Assembly (NCBI RefSeq): GCF_004010195.1
Contig: NC_057718.1
Location: 7,732,707-7,796,706 of the forward strand
Length of the DNA stretch: 64,000 nt
DNA from: Chiloscyllium plagiosum
Lineage: Eukaryota
Direction of reading: 5' to 3'
Part shown: positions 48,919 through 59,535 of the stretch, in pieces
How positions within the stretch are numbered: the stretch's first letter is position 1
Layout: each line of letters opens with the position of its first letter
Translations under genes and position numbers: made by a program
The notes under the pieces: generated by a model
Seen by the model: the letters and a program-made list of their open reading frames with translations, nothing else
What the model was told of the DNA's origin: nothing
Database searches by the model: none

Positions 48919-49962
48919 TGTTATGGACTAGGCCAGACCACTCAAAACATTCTTAAGCAGGCAGCCCAGACAATAACTTTGCAACGTGTTTTGATAAGTG
49001 TACAGCGAAAATTACCTAGAGTAAGTTAGATTACCTACTGTATGGGAACAGGCCCTTCAGCCCAACAAGTCCATGCCAACCCTCCGAAGAGTAACCCACC
49101 AAGACCCATTTCCCTCTGACTAATGCACCTAACATTTTGCCTGTCCTCGGATGCTGCCTGAATTGCTGTGCTCTTCCAGCACCACTGATCCAGAATCTGG
49201 TTTCCAGCATCTGCAGTCATTGTTTTTACCCCACCTAACACTATGGGCAATTTAGCATGACCAATCCACCTGACCTGTACATCTTTGGACTATAGGAGGA
49301 AACCGGAGCACCCGGAGGAAACCCACGCTGACACGGGGAGAACATGCAAACTCCACACAGACAGTCACCGAGGCTGGAATCGAACTTAGGCCCCTGGCGC
49401 TGTGAGGCAGCAGTGCTAACCACTGAGTCACCGTGCCGTTAGCGAGGTTGACTACCAGGTTTTAAAACAGACAAAAATTTATTCACAAAATTACACAATG
49501 AAACACAAAGAACAGAATAAAGAACCCCTCCAGAACTCAGTCTATCCAAACTAGGCTTAATTAAGCTGCTCCGAATATGCACAACGGTCCCAATAAGCAA
49601 ACCCCCTTAAACACAGTAAAAATGAAACAAAGGCTGATTTGTTGAAGTTAGAAGGGCAGAAAGAGAGAGAGCTGAGCAGCCTTTCTTCACACAGTCCACA
49701 GCTGAGCTCCCAACTTCTGGACTGAACTGCTCAGGTAGACAGCTGGCCGCGCCCCCTTGACTTATACAGGTTACTTTAAAAACATAAAAGCTTTGGCCGA
49801 AAGTCTTATCTGTTTCCATATAAACAAAAAGGCCTTTCATTCTGCACCAAACCCAGCCGCTTCAGAGCTCGGGCTGTGTACAACCCCTCTGAATAAAAAC
49901 CAAGGACACTGTATTCTTGAGAAAAGGAACAGCTTTTGGGATAAAGGATCAGCTTTGTGACA
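48919..49962. mobile_element. Solo LTR with nested HE1 SINE (49030-49437) and nested family A fragment (49135-49231)
   Basis: TG...CA termini (TGTTAT / GTGACA); 4-bp TSD ATCT at 48915-48918 and 49963-49966. Confidence 0.8.
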
Positions 49963-50354
49963 ATCTGGTGGCTGGTTTTTGTGGTTTCTTCATTATTTCA
50001 AAGCAAGAAGCTGAATTATTTTGTTCGCATTCTGTCTCTTTCAAAGGTATTTAGACTTGTTTCCCTTCGCTTTTGCATTTTGCTTTTCAGTTAGCGTTAC
50101 AATGCCCAGAATGGGCAGCTTCTGTTTCTCTTTATTTGGTTGATTTAGAAATAAATGCCCTTCTGAAAAGGGTAAAGATGCAGGGGGATGAGTGAAAATT
50201 GATGTATGTGCTAAACCATAGATTTTCATTCAAACCCTTTAAAGCTCTAAATGCTGTTTGCTGCCTAACCCGATGGATATTGGTCCCAGCTGTGAGATCA
50301 CCTGAGATCTGGGTTCAATATCGCACCTTGTCATTGATGCAAGAAGGGTTAAGG

Positions 50355-50690
50355 GATGGCACTGTAGCTCAGTGGTTAACACTGCTACCTCACAGGGACC
50401 CAAGTTCGATTCCAGCCTTGGGCAATTGCCTGTGTGGTGTTTGCACACTCTTCCCGTGTCTGCGTGGGTTTCCTCCGGGTGCTCTCACAATCCAAAGATG
50501 TGCAGGTTAGGTGGATTGGCCATGCTAAATTGTCCATAGTTTCCAGGCATGTACAGGCTAGGTGGATTAGACATGGTGAATGCAGGGTTACACGGGAGGG
50601 AGGTGGGTCTGGGTGGGATGCTCTTTAGAGGGTCAGTGTAGACCCGATGGGCCAAATAGCCTGCTTCCACACGGTACGGATTCGATGATT
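50355..50690 (+). mobile_element. HE1-type SINE
   Basis: Head, body and tail match. Confidence 0.85.
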
Positions 50691-50880
50691 CTGAGGCTTT
50701 TCCAGAGGGTGGGGAGGGAAATGGTGAATGCATATATTATATTCAGGTCATTATGTGATAGGATATGACAAGTATAGACAGACATGGGAAGAAATTTAAA
50801 TGTGTTGACCTCTAAATGATGCAGAAATCAGAACGTTTGTATCCTAATGAGAATTTAACAGGGCAATAAAAGCATGTAAA

Positions 50881-51620
50881 TTTTAGGACATGAGGTTAAA
50901 CTCACCCCTCACTATTTTAAACTAGCAACATAGAAAAGATTTACCGCGGTAATCTGTGAAAATTTGAGAGGCCAAGAACTATCCAAACATCACTATTTAA
51001 AGTAAAAATTAACAACTTTATTTCTTAAAGTATAACAGAGAATAATTGACAGACAACTATTTACAACTCCTTCATCTAACCTATCTTTTACCGTCCCTTT
51101 CTACAATACTAGTCCAATAAAACCCCCTGATTAAGATTTACCAAAAATTCAAATTTCTAAACCAGCCAGCTGCCGAATCTTCTCTTCCTCTGTCTTCTTT
51201 TCTTCTTCTTAGGGATTTCTGTTTCACAGGTCACTGATTGATAAAGGTACCTTTATGTGAGCTATTTTTCGGGCAGTCTACAGACGCTAGTGGCTTGGCA
51301 GTTTTCCTCCAACTGTTCAATTTTTCCCGGTCTTATACCTCAAAGGAATGGATTGTTTCATTGGTTTTTAATATTAATATACTAAATTCAAACTTGATTG
51401 GAGATTGGTATTTTGGAGTATAATTTAAACTGATTGGCAGAATTTAACTTTGTTTTGCCATCTCCAGGCAACCAGCTACACTAGCTGCTGGACCAAAAGG
51501 TTACATTATATCTTATTCAGAACACTTGGTGCTGTATCAGGTCGTTCTGCTAGCTTTTAACTCTCTTAAAGGGACAGTACCCCTTATACTTTCATAGCGC
51601 CTTCCCCCCAAAGAAAAAAA
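50881..51620 (-). mobile_element. 3' LTR plus polypurine tract of a Gypsy element
   Basis: Plus-strand ccttccccc at ~51600 is a minus-strand PPT abutting the LTR start; same orientation as the integrase at 53940-54950. Confidence 0.65.
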
Positions 51621-51714
51621 ATGAACCATCATAATGAAAAGATGGCTTCATTTTTTTCCTATATTCTTTCAACACATTATCCTAACATGCAGATAACTTG
51701 AATATAAATTCACC

Positions 51715-53560
51715 TTTTTTATTGTATATATTTATTGAAAAAGATGTTCCTTTTTTTACAAAAAAACCCCACAAACCAAAATAAAAAGTTATAAAAGTAC
51801 AATAGTAAGAAAAGTAGGAATAATAGTGCACTATTATGTTACATTACAATATCATTAACAATAAACTGCCTACTATTCTCCAGATTGTAGTCGGCTCTTA
51901 TTTACTTAATCCCAACTAACACAAACTTAAATTAAGTAAAATAACATTAAATTCAATTGCAATCCACCAAACTTGAATTACACTACATTGTACTATATTA
52001 CATTACTCCACTTGCCGCACTTCTGTCAAGGTTCCCGTTCAAGGGGGCAACAGTGATTATATCCGTATTTATTAGGCCTGCCCCCCTCTGGGGTCTCTGG
52101 ACCGCCATATATGACCCTCATGGCTATACAAAGGCCCTTATCACTACCGCCGACAAATCCATGTCTATATAATTTAAAAAGAGCCACCATGTCTCATAAG
52201 GTTTCTCTGTTCCGTGGTGCACCATACTTGTCAGGTAATCCTGAGGGACGTGCTCCGTCACAGGTCTGCATCACCCTACAAGACCTGGCGACTTGTCTGA
52301 TATCCATTTCATTAGGATGCTTTTCCTCACACATTACGTCAGAGTATTGACTAATCTCCTCCCGTGCTCATCCAAAGAGGGAAGATTCGGGAGCCCTAAG
52401 ATGAAGGATACCGGATCCCCCCCGATCCCAAATCTCATGGAGTCTCTCCATATCCCCCCAGGCATTCCCTCTTTGCAGATGATATAAGGTACTTACTGAG
52501 AGAGCACTCCCGCAACGGAACACTCTACGTTCTATATCAGACTTGTAGGGCTGGGTCATAAGTGTGGTTTTCTTCTGTATAAAGTCTCTAACTTGGAAAT
52601 ATCAGGAAAGTTCCCTATTAGGGATTCCGTATTTCTCATATAATTGGCTAAAAGACATCATGACCTCTCCCTCAAACAGATCTCCCAGACAGGAGATTCC
52701 TTTATTGAGAGTTATTGGAAAAGCACAGCAGGTCAAGCAGCATTTGAGGAGCAGGAAAATTGACATTTCAGGCTGGAGCCCTTTATCAGGAATGGGTCCT
52801 CTTGCAAGGATGCCTACCTTGAAGAAGTTCTCCTCTCTCTACAAAGATCGCAGTGAGTCCCTCTCTCACTGTACTCCCCAAGTCCTCTCCTCCACTCTCA
52901 ACTCTGATCTCCAGCATCTGCAGACCTCACTGTCTCCTAGGAGATTCCTTTACCCTCCCATGCTCTAAAGCTGGAATCCATTGATCCCGGCTTAAATTCT
53001 GGGGCTCCCACTAATGGGGTAAACGGCAAAGCCTCGAACAAGTTGCCCTCACTCTGTTGCACCATCCTCCATGCTTTTATTGTATTTATAATAATTGGAC
53101 TTTCACAATACTCTTTATTTGGTTGATTTAGAAATAAATGTTACTGATCACATCTTATTCATGAAAAGCAAGTTTACGAGGGGACACCACCTGTGAGGCC
53201 TCCACACCTAACCAATTTGATTTCAGGTAAATACACACCCATTTGCCTACATATGAACAGCAGAGCACCTATTTGATATTTCTTCAGATCCAGGAGATCC
53301 ACCCCATCCATATCCTGCGGAAGCTGCAACTTAGTAAATTTAATTAACGGACACCTACGGCACCAAATAAATGACCCAAGCCATTCCGCAATCCTCCGCA
53401 GCACCTGTTTGGGTAATAATAACGGGAGCATCCTTATAGGACATAACAACAAAGGGAGAACATTCATCTCGATCAACGCTATATGGCCTAGCCATAATAT
53501 GGACAGTCCCTCCCATCGCTGCAAGTCCTGTTTTATGTAAGGTTCTGTTAATTCATTTTT
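51715..53560 (-). mobile_element. L1-clade LINE 3' portion (degenerate ORF2 C-terminus and A-rich tail)
   Basis: ORF 53174-53617: IKQDLQRWEGLSILWLGHIALIEMNVLP...SFIW...KLQLP...DLKKY, typical of post-RT L1 ORF2. Confidence 0.75.
52705..52938. mobile_element. Family A element with inverted arms and internal cargo
   Basis: Perfect 14-bp TSD AGGAGATTCCTTTA (52691-52704, 52939-52952); degenerate hammerhead at 52761-52789 (-). Confidence 0.75.
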
Positions 53561-53938
53561 TAGATTAGAATCAGTCTGAACATTATGGCACAGACAGCAG
53601 CACACAGGGGTGCTCACACCTTCAATACATTATCTAGGCTGACACCAACTGCTGAAGTTCACTTGAGAATGTAACTTTTAAAAAGTTTTGCAATTTACAT
53701 ATGAAAGAAGTGAAACTAACATGGTCATTCTAACAGATGAGAGACTTAACAAACAATCAAGGTATTTTTCAATGTATAATTTCAGTTACATCACACTGTA
53801 AACTTTTGCTATAAATTCTGTGTCTTACAATTGTGTCCTCCACAACCACCTGATGAAGGAGCGTTGCTCTGAAAGCTAGTGTTTCCAATTAAACCTGTTG
53901 GACTATAACCTGGTGTTGTGTGATTTTTAACTTTGTAC
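53560..53938 (+). mobile_element. Family C Penelope-type non-coding element
   Basis: Ends in a hammerhead motif plus the aaacctgttggactataacctggtgttgtgtg tail, also seen at 25651, 27150, 58710/59610 and 60315. Confidence 0.7.
53847..53881 (+). ncRNA. Minimal type I hammerhead motif (family C), intact core
   Basis: CAC-CUGAUGA-A-GGAGC(GUU)GCUCU-GAAAG-CUA|GUG: 3-bp stem I, 5-bp stem II, palindromic AGCU. Confidence 0.75.
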
Positions 53939-53939
53939 T

Positions 53940-54950
53940 CCTCAAGGACGTTTTCAGTTTTTAATCTATTTCGAGGCACATCAACATCTACATCATCTGG
54001 ATTTGATTCCTCACTCTATGGGGCAGTAACTAACACCTGTTTCTCCAGTTCTTTCTCTCTAATACAATATAGTGACAACGTGTTCACATGACACACCCAA
54101 TACCATTTTTTTTTCTATCTGACATCTTTATTAAATAATTCCTCTGTATCAACTTTTTCTCCATTTGATAGAGGATACTAAACCTGGCTTTGAAGGGATC
54201 GCCTATTATTGGTAACAATACTAACACGCCATCCCCTTGAGAAAATGTCTGAGTTTCAAAGCTTTTATCTACCACCTGTATCATTCTCTCCTGTGCCCTC
54301 TTTAGATGATGTTTAGCTAATTCAACTACTCTATTTAATCTCTCCCTCACCTCTGATACATAATCCAAGTGTGAGATCTCTGACTTTGGTCATGCCAATT
54401 TTCTTTAATTAATTTCAAGGGACTTCTCATTTCATGACTGAATATGAACTCAAAGCGAGTGAACTGAGTGGAGTCATTTGGGGCATCTCTAATTGCAAAC
54501 AATACAAATGGGGTACCTTTAGCCCAAACATTCGGATAATCCTGACAGTATGCTCTCAATATGGTCTTGTAGGTCTGATGCCATCTTTCTGAAGCTCCCT
54601 AGGATTCAGGATGATACGCACTGGATTTAAAGTGCTGTCTACCTAAGCTATCCATAACCTCCTTAAATAGCCTAGCAGTAAAGTTTGACCCTTGCTCCAA
54701 CTGAATCTCTCTGGGTAGCCCATACCATGTGAAGAAAGCTACTAACTCCTCTACCACCTTTTTTGCCTTGATATTTCAAATGGAATTGCCTCGGGAAATC
54801 TGGTAGACAGATCCATTATGGTTAACAAATACTGGTTCCCACTTTTAGTTCTCGAGAGGGGAACTACACAATCAATTATAACACGCGTGAAAGGTTCTTC
54901 AAATATGGGAATTGGTAACAAATGTGTTGGTTTTAACCACATCCTGGTAT
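53940..54950 (-). mobile_element. Gypsy LTR-retrotransposon integrase remnant
   Basis: PIPIFEEPFTRVIIDCVVPLSRTKSGNQYLLTIMDLSTRFPEAIP, QGSNF, SAYHPES, ER..., PFVLFAIRDAP; frameshifted. Confidence 0.88.
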
Positions 54951-55434
54951 ATTCCAAATATGGCTGAAACAAAGTCTTACTTTAACCAAAGGGTCACTAC
55001 ACCTTAATCAAGGGAGAAGTTGAGAAGGAGAGTCCTTTATGTTAGCCTCAGCCTACATGGGAATTAAACTCACAAAGTTGGCATCACTCTACATTGCAAA
55101 CCAGCTGACTGAGCTAACTGACCCCTGATTAAGGGAGCAATGTTAGTCAGAAAGCCAGGACCCATCCCTGATCCTCTCTAGAAAGGACAGAGTGCTCACA
55201 GTTATTGAGGAAGGAAGTATCTAAATCTTTCATTTGTGCTGGCTTAATTTCACTGAATTTAGTTTGCAGCTGCAGTTGGCATTAAAAACTGCTTTCTGTT
55301 TGCTCCTGTTCACCTGAAACATTAACTCTGATTTCTCTCCACAGATGCTGCTAGACCTGCTGAGATTTTCCAACAATTTCTGTTTTTTGTAACTACAGGC
55401 CAATTAGTTTAATGTCTGTCATTGAAAAAATATT

Positions 55435-55848
55435 AAGAGTCATTGAGAAGTACAGCATGGACACAGACCCTTTGGTCTACCTTGTCCAAGCCAATCAGAT
55501 ATCCTAAACTAATCTAGTCCCATTTGTCAGCATTTGGCCCTTATCCCTCTAAACCCTTCTTACTCATATATCCAACCAGATGCCTTTTAAATGTTGGAAT
55601 TGTACCAGCCTCCACCACTTCCTCTGGCTGCTCATTCCAGACACACACCACCCTCTGTGCGAAAAAGTTGCACCTTAGGTCTTTTTCATATCTTTCCCTT
55701 CTCACCCTATGCCCTCTCGTTCTGGACTCCCCCACCCTTGGCTATTCACCCTATCCATGTCCCTCATGATTTTATAAACCTCTATAAGGTCACCCCTCAG
55801 CCTCCAATGCTCCAGGGAAATAGCCCCAGTCTATTCAACCTCCATTGA
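55435..55848 (-). mobile_element. CR1/HER1 LINE 3' end
   Basis: FFAQRVVCVWNEQPEEVVEAG. Confidence 0.85.
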
Positions 55849-55869
55849 TGTTGAAGAATTTAATACCAG

Positions 55870-57100
55870 AACATCTAGAAATGTATAGTCTCATCAAGCA
55901 GAGTCAGTATGGCTTCATGAGGGGAAAAACATGCCAGACAAATGAATTAAAATTCTTTGAGGAGGGAACAGACATGATAGATAAAGGGAAAGGAGTCGAT
56001 GTAATATATTTGGATTTCTAAAAGGAGTTTGAAAAAGTGGTATACATGAGTTGACTTAGTACAAAAAAAGTCTGTGGTGTTAGAGACAGTATAACAATAT
56101 AGGTGGAGGGTTTCACAGGCAGAGAGTTGGGATAAGGAATGTAATTCCACTTTCAGCATGGTAACCTGTAGCTAGTGGAGTGTCACGGTGATCAGTGTGG
56201 GGGCCTCAATTATTTGCAACGCAAATCATATTAATGACTTTGATGATGAAAGTGAATGTACTACAGCCAACGTTGCAAATGACATACAGATATGTGTGAA
56301 GGGTAAGCATTAAGGGTGTTGTAAAGCATTTGCAGAGGGATATAGATTGTGGGCATCAACTTGGCAGATAGAATATAATATGGAAATTATACATTTTAGC
56401 AGGACGAATAAAGGACCTGAATATTATTTATTCAGAGAAAGCTGCAGCACAGAGGAAATTGAGGCTCTTCATTAATGAATCACAAAAATAAACTCACATC
56501 CAAGTTCACCAGATAGTATGGAAGGTGATTAGACAATTGGCTTTTATTTTAAAGAGAATAAAATATAAAAATGGAGAAGTCTTACTTAAATTAAACGGAA
56601 GTCAGCACATAGTGAGAACACAGTGAACAGATATGGTTCCCTTATCTAAATGAAGGTACATTGGCATTGGAAGCAAAAGGTTCGTTATATTGACTCTGTG
56701 TGTGTGGAGCAATTGTCTAATGATGAGATGTTGAGTAGATTGGACTTGTACTCATTGAAGTTTCAAAGAATGAGAGGTGGCTTGATTGAAAGGGGGCTTG
56801 AAAGGGGAGATGTTGCGAGTTTGTTTCCCCCTTGTGGGAGAGTCCACCTCCAAAGGCCGCAATCGCAGAATTTGGTCATCTGTTTAAGACAGAGATGAGG
56901 AGGCTTCTTTTTTTTCTGTCAGAATGTAGTGAACCTGTGGAATTCTTCACCACAGAGGTTGGATTGTTGAGTATATGTCAAGGCTAAGGTAGGCAAATTT
57001 TTAATTAGTGTGGGAATGAAAGGTCATGGGGAGACAGTAGCAATGATCTCATTGAACAATCTTGTTTGGCTGAATGGCCTACATTTGCTGCCTATTCTAT
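55870..57100 (+). mobile_element. Old, highly degenerate CR1 LINE
   Basis: Remnants of the QYGF, YLDF, SGVS...SVWGPQLF and RMRGGLIE motifs. Confidence 0.7.
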
Positions 57101-57849
57101 TGCCTTAATAACTGACGTGTCAAACACAAGGGGGTGTCCGACACAGGATTGTTAATCTAGTACAAATACTCACTCAGCCATGATGACAGAATGGGATAAA
57201 TGTGGTAACAATATCACGTTAATGATATTGTTCTCAGAGACTACAGTTGCTCTATGTTGCAAATCAGCGCAGATCATTAGGAATTCACGGGTACCATCTG
57301 CAGCTAAGGTATCAGCATTGCAATCGTTGCTTTTATCATTAGCGCTAATCCAGCCAGTCTGACCAACAGAACCAATAGTCAGCAATATCAGCACCATTAA
57401 CCTGAACCTCCCTTAGCAACATTCCAGACCGCTGCATTAACACTCCAGCCAAATTCAGAATCTTTAAAAACTAAGGTGCAGATTAGTTCTGGAGTGGTAA
57501 TAATATCCCTATTTGCCAGTCCCAGGCAGAATCTCGTAAACTGTGATTGTAAATGTGTTCAGCAGTTGACTGCACTGAGATTATTGAGGAATAAAGTTGT
57601 GCAGTTGACTGTTCCGTCACCTCAGTCAAGTGTCTGTCACATGTTGGTGAATGAGAGCTAAAGGTTGCCCTTAAAATGGTAGAAAAACTGACCTGAAGGC
57701 CATATCTCTGGGTGGTGCAGGCACGATCCCAAGCATCTCTTCACAACTGTTGTCAGAGGCATGGAGTGCCGTTCCTGGATAATGTCTCAGTCATTCGCAT
57801 ATCATTGATTGGAGAGTTCAGATCTGTGGGATATCCCACACTGGTTTCC

Positions 57850-58060
57850 AACTAGCTCTTGCTGTAGAAGCACATGTCACCGTAGAGTTCTGTATAGCGG
57901 TCCATTAATTCTCTGCCTCACTCCCACTCTGACTGTTCTGTCTTTGACTCCAGTGAGGCTCAACACAATGTCCAAGGAACAGCATCTCATTGTTCAAGGA
58001 AGGGTGGTACAATCTTCTAAATGCAACAATAAGTTCAACAATTTTGGATCATAAACTGTG
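57850..58060 (+). mobile_element. Degenerate C-terminus of a PLE (Neptune-type) GIY-YIG endonuclease
   Basis: EQHLIVQGRVVQSSKCNNKFNNF resembles the EQHLIFRLGTLQPxGLNxEFNNF ending of vertebrate PLE endonucleases. Confidence 0.45.
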
Positions 58061-58861
58061 CCACTTCTCAAAAAAAACAGCAGCTGCTGCTATAGATTCT
58101 GCTGTTGCCATTCACACTTCTTTCAGGCGTTGCTCTGATTTCTTTATGTGTCTGGATACCACTCCCTTTAATTTTGTATCATCATCCCATTGGTCAGTTA
58201 TTCCCTCCTGCCATCTACAATTCCACAGATCTTTAAGTTATTTTTCTCTCACAGCTACACAGTTCCCTTGCCGGGAGAGCACTGAAAACGGGGCCATTGA
58301 ATATGGGCTTAAGGCAGTATTGGAAAGATTCAAAATAACGATGGAGTCTGTGGCTATTAGAGTGTGGGGTTAGGGCCAGACACAAAAACAAAACAGCCAA
58401 TGGAACGTTGTCTGACCCCAGGTTGAGGGCCTCACCCCTAAAGTGCATTGTCTGACCTGAGATGTCACCTTTACACTGATAAAACCTTAAGTTATCTCGG
58501 GGCAGTGACTTGAAAGAAATTCTGGGATTTGTGTATTAATCAATCAAACCCTGCACCTCCGTTCCGACTTAATAACCAGCTATATTTGTTCAATACATTC
58601 AGGTAAGTTGCATGACCCTTTGATCTTTTACTTATAAATTATGTCTCTGATGTACTCTCTCTCACTAGCTGCCTGAGGAAGGAGCAAAGTTCCAAAAGCT
58701 TTTAGTTTCAAATAAACCTGCTGTTGTTGTGGTTCTGTTCGCCGAGCTGGAAGTTTTTGTTGCAAACGTTTCGTCCCCTGTCTAGGTGACATCCTAAGTG
58801 CTTGGGAGCCTCCTGTGAAGCGCTTCTGTGGTGTTTCCTCCGGCATTTATAGTGACCTGTC

Positions 58862-59264
58862 NNNNNNNNNNNNNNNNNNNNNNNNNNNNNNNNNNNNNNN
58901 NNNNNNNNNNNNNNNNNNNNNNNNNNNNNNNNNNNNNNNNNNNNNNNNNNNNNNNNNNNNNNNNNNNNNNNNNNNNNNNNNNNNNNNNNNNNNNNNNNNN
59001 NNNNNNNNNNNNNNNNNNNNNNNNNNNNNNNNNNNNNNNNNNNNNNNNNNNNNNNNNNNNNNNNNNNNNNNNNNNNNNNNNNNNNNNNNNNNNNNNNNNN
59101 NNNNNNNNNNNNNNNNNNNNNNNNNNNNNNNNNNNNNNNNNNNNNNNNNNNNNNNNNNNNNNNNNNNNNNNNNNNNNNNNNNNNNNNNNNNNNNNNNNNN
59201 NNNNNNNNNNNNNNNNNNNNNNNNNNNNNNNNNNNNNNNNNNNNNNNNNNNNNNNNNNNNNNNN
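58862..59264. other. Assembly gap (N run)
   Basis: Run of n. Confidence 1.
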
Positions 59265-59495
59265 ATAGTGTCTTGATGCAACTTCGTTTGTGTGTATTGG
59301 GGTGGTTGCTTTCATAGTTCAGGACTTGGTCTGTGTGTGTGGCTTTCCTGTGTACCTTAGTGGTGAATTCTCCGTTTGGTGTTCTCTGTACCATCACGTC
59401 TAGGACAGCTGAAACTGACAACCGGAAGCGGCGGGGACAGGCCACTATAAATGCCGGAGGAAACACCATAGAAGCGCTTCACAGGAGGCTCCCAA

Positions 59496-59535
59496 GCACT
59501 GAGGATGTCACCTAGACAGGGGACGAAACGTTTGC
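59496..59535 (+). ncRNA. Hammerhead motif in the PLE terminal repeat (family E), intact; mirror copy at 58762-58801 has G5-to-U
   Basis: GCA-CUGAGGA-U-GUCACCU(AGAC)AGGGGAC-GAAAC-GUU|UGC: 3-bp stem I, stem II with one mismatch, palindrome AAACGUUU. Confidence 0.78.

Noticed and set aside
44978..59469. ORFs spanning N runs
   Set aside because: Their lengths are artefacts of assembly gaps; only the flanking RT fragments are meaningful.
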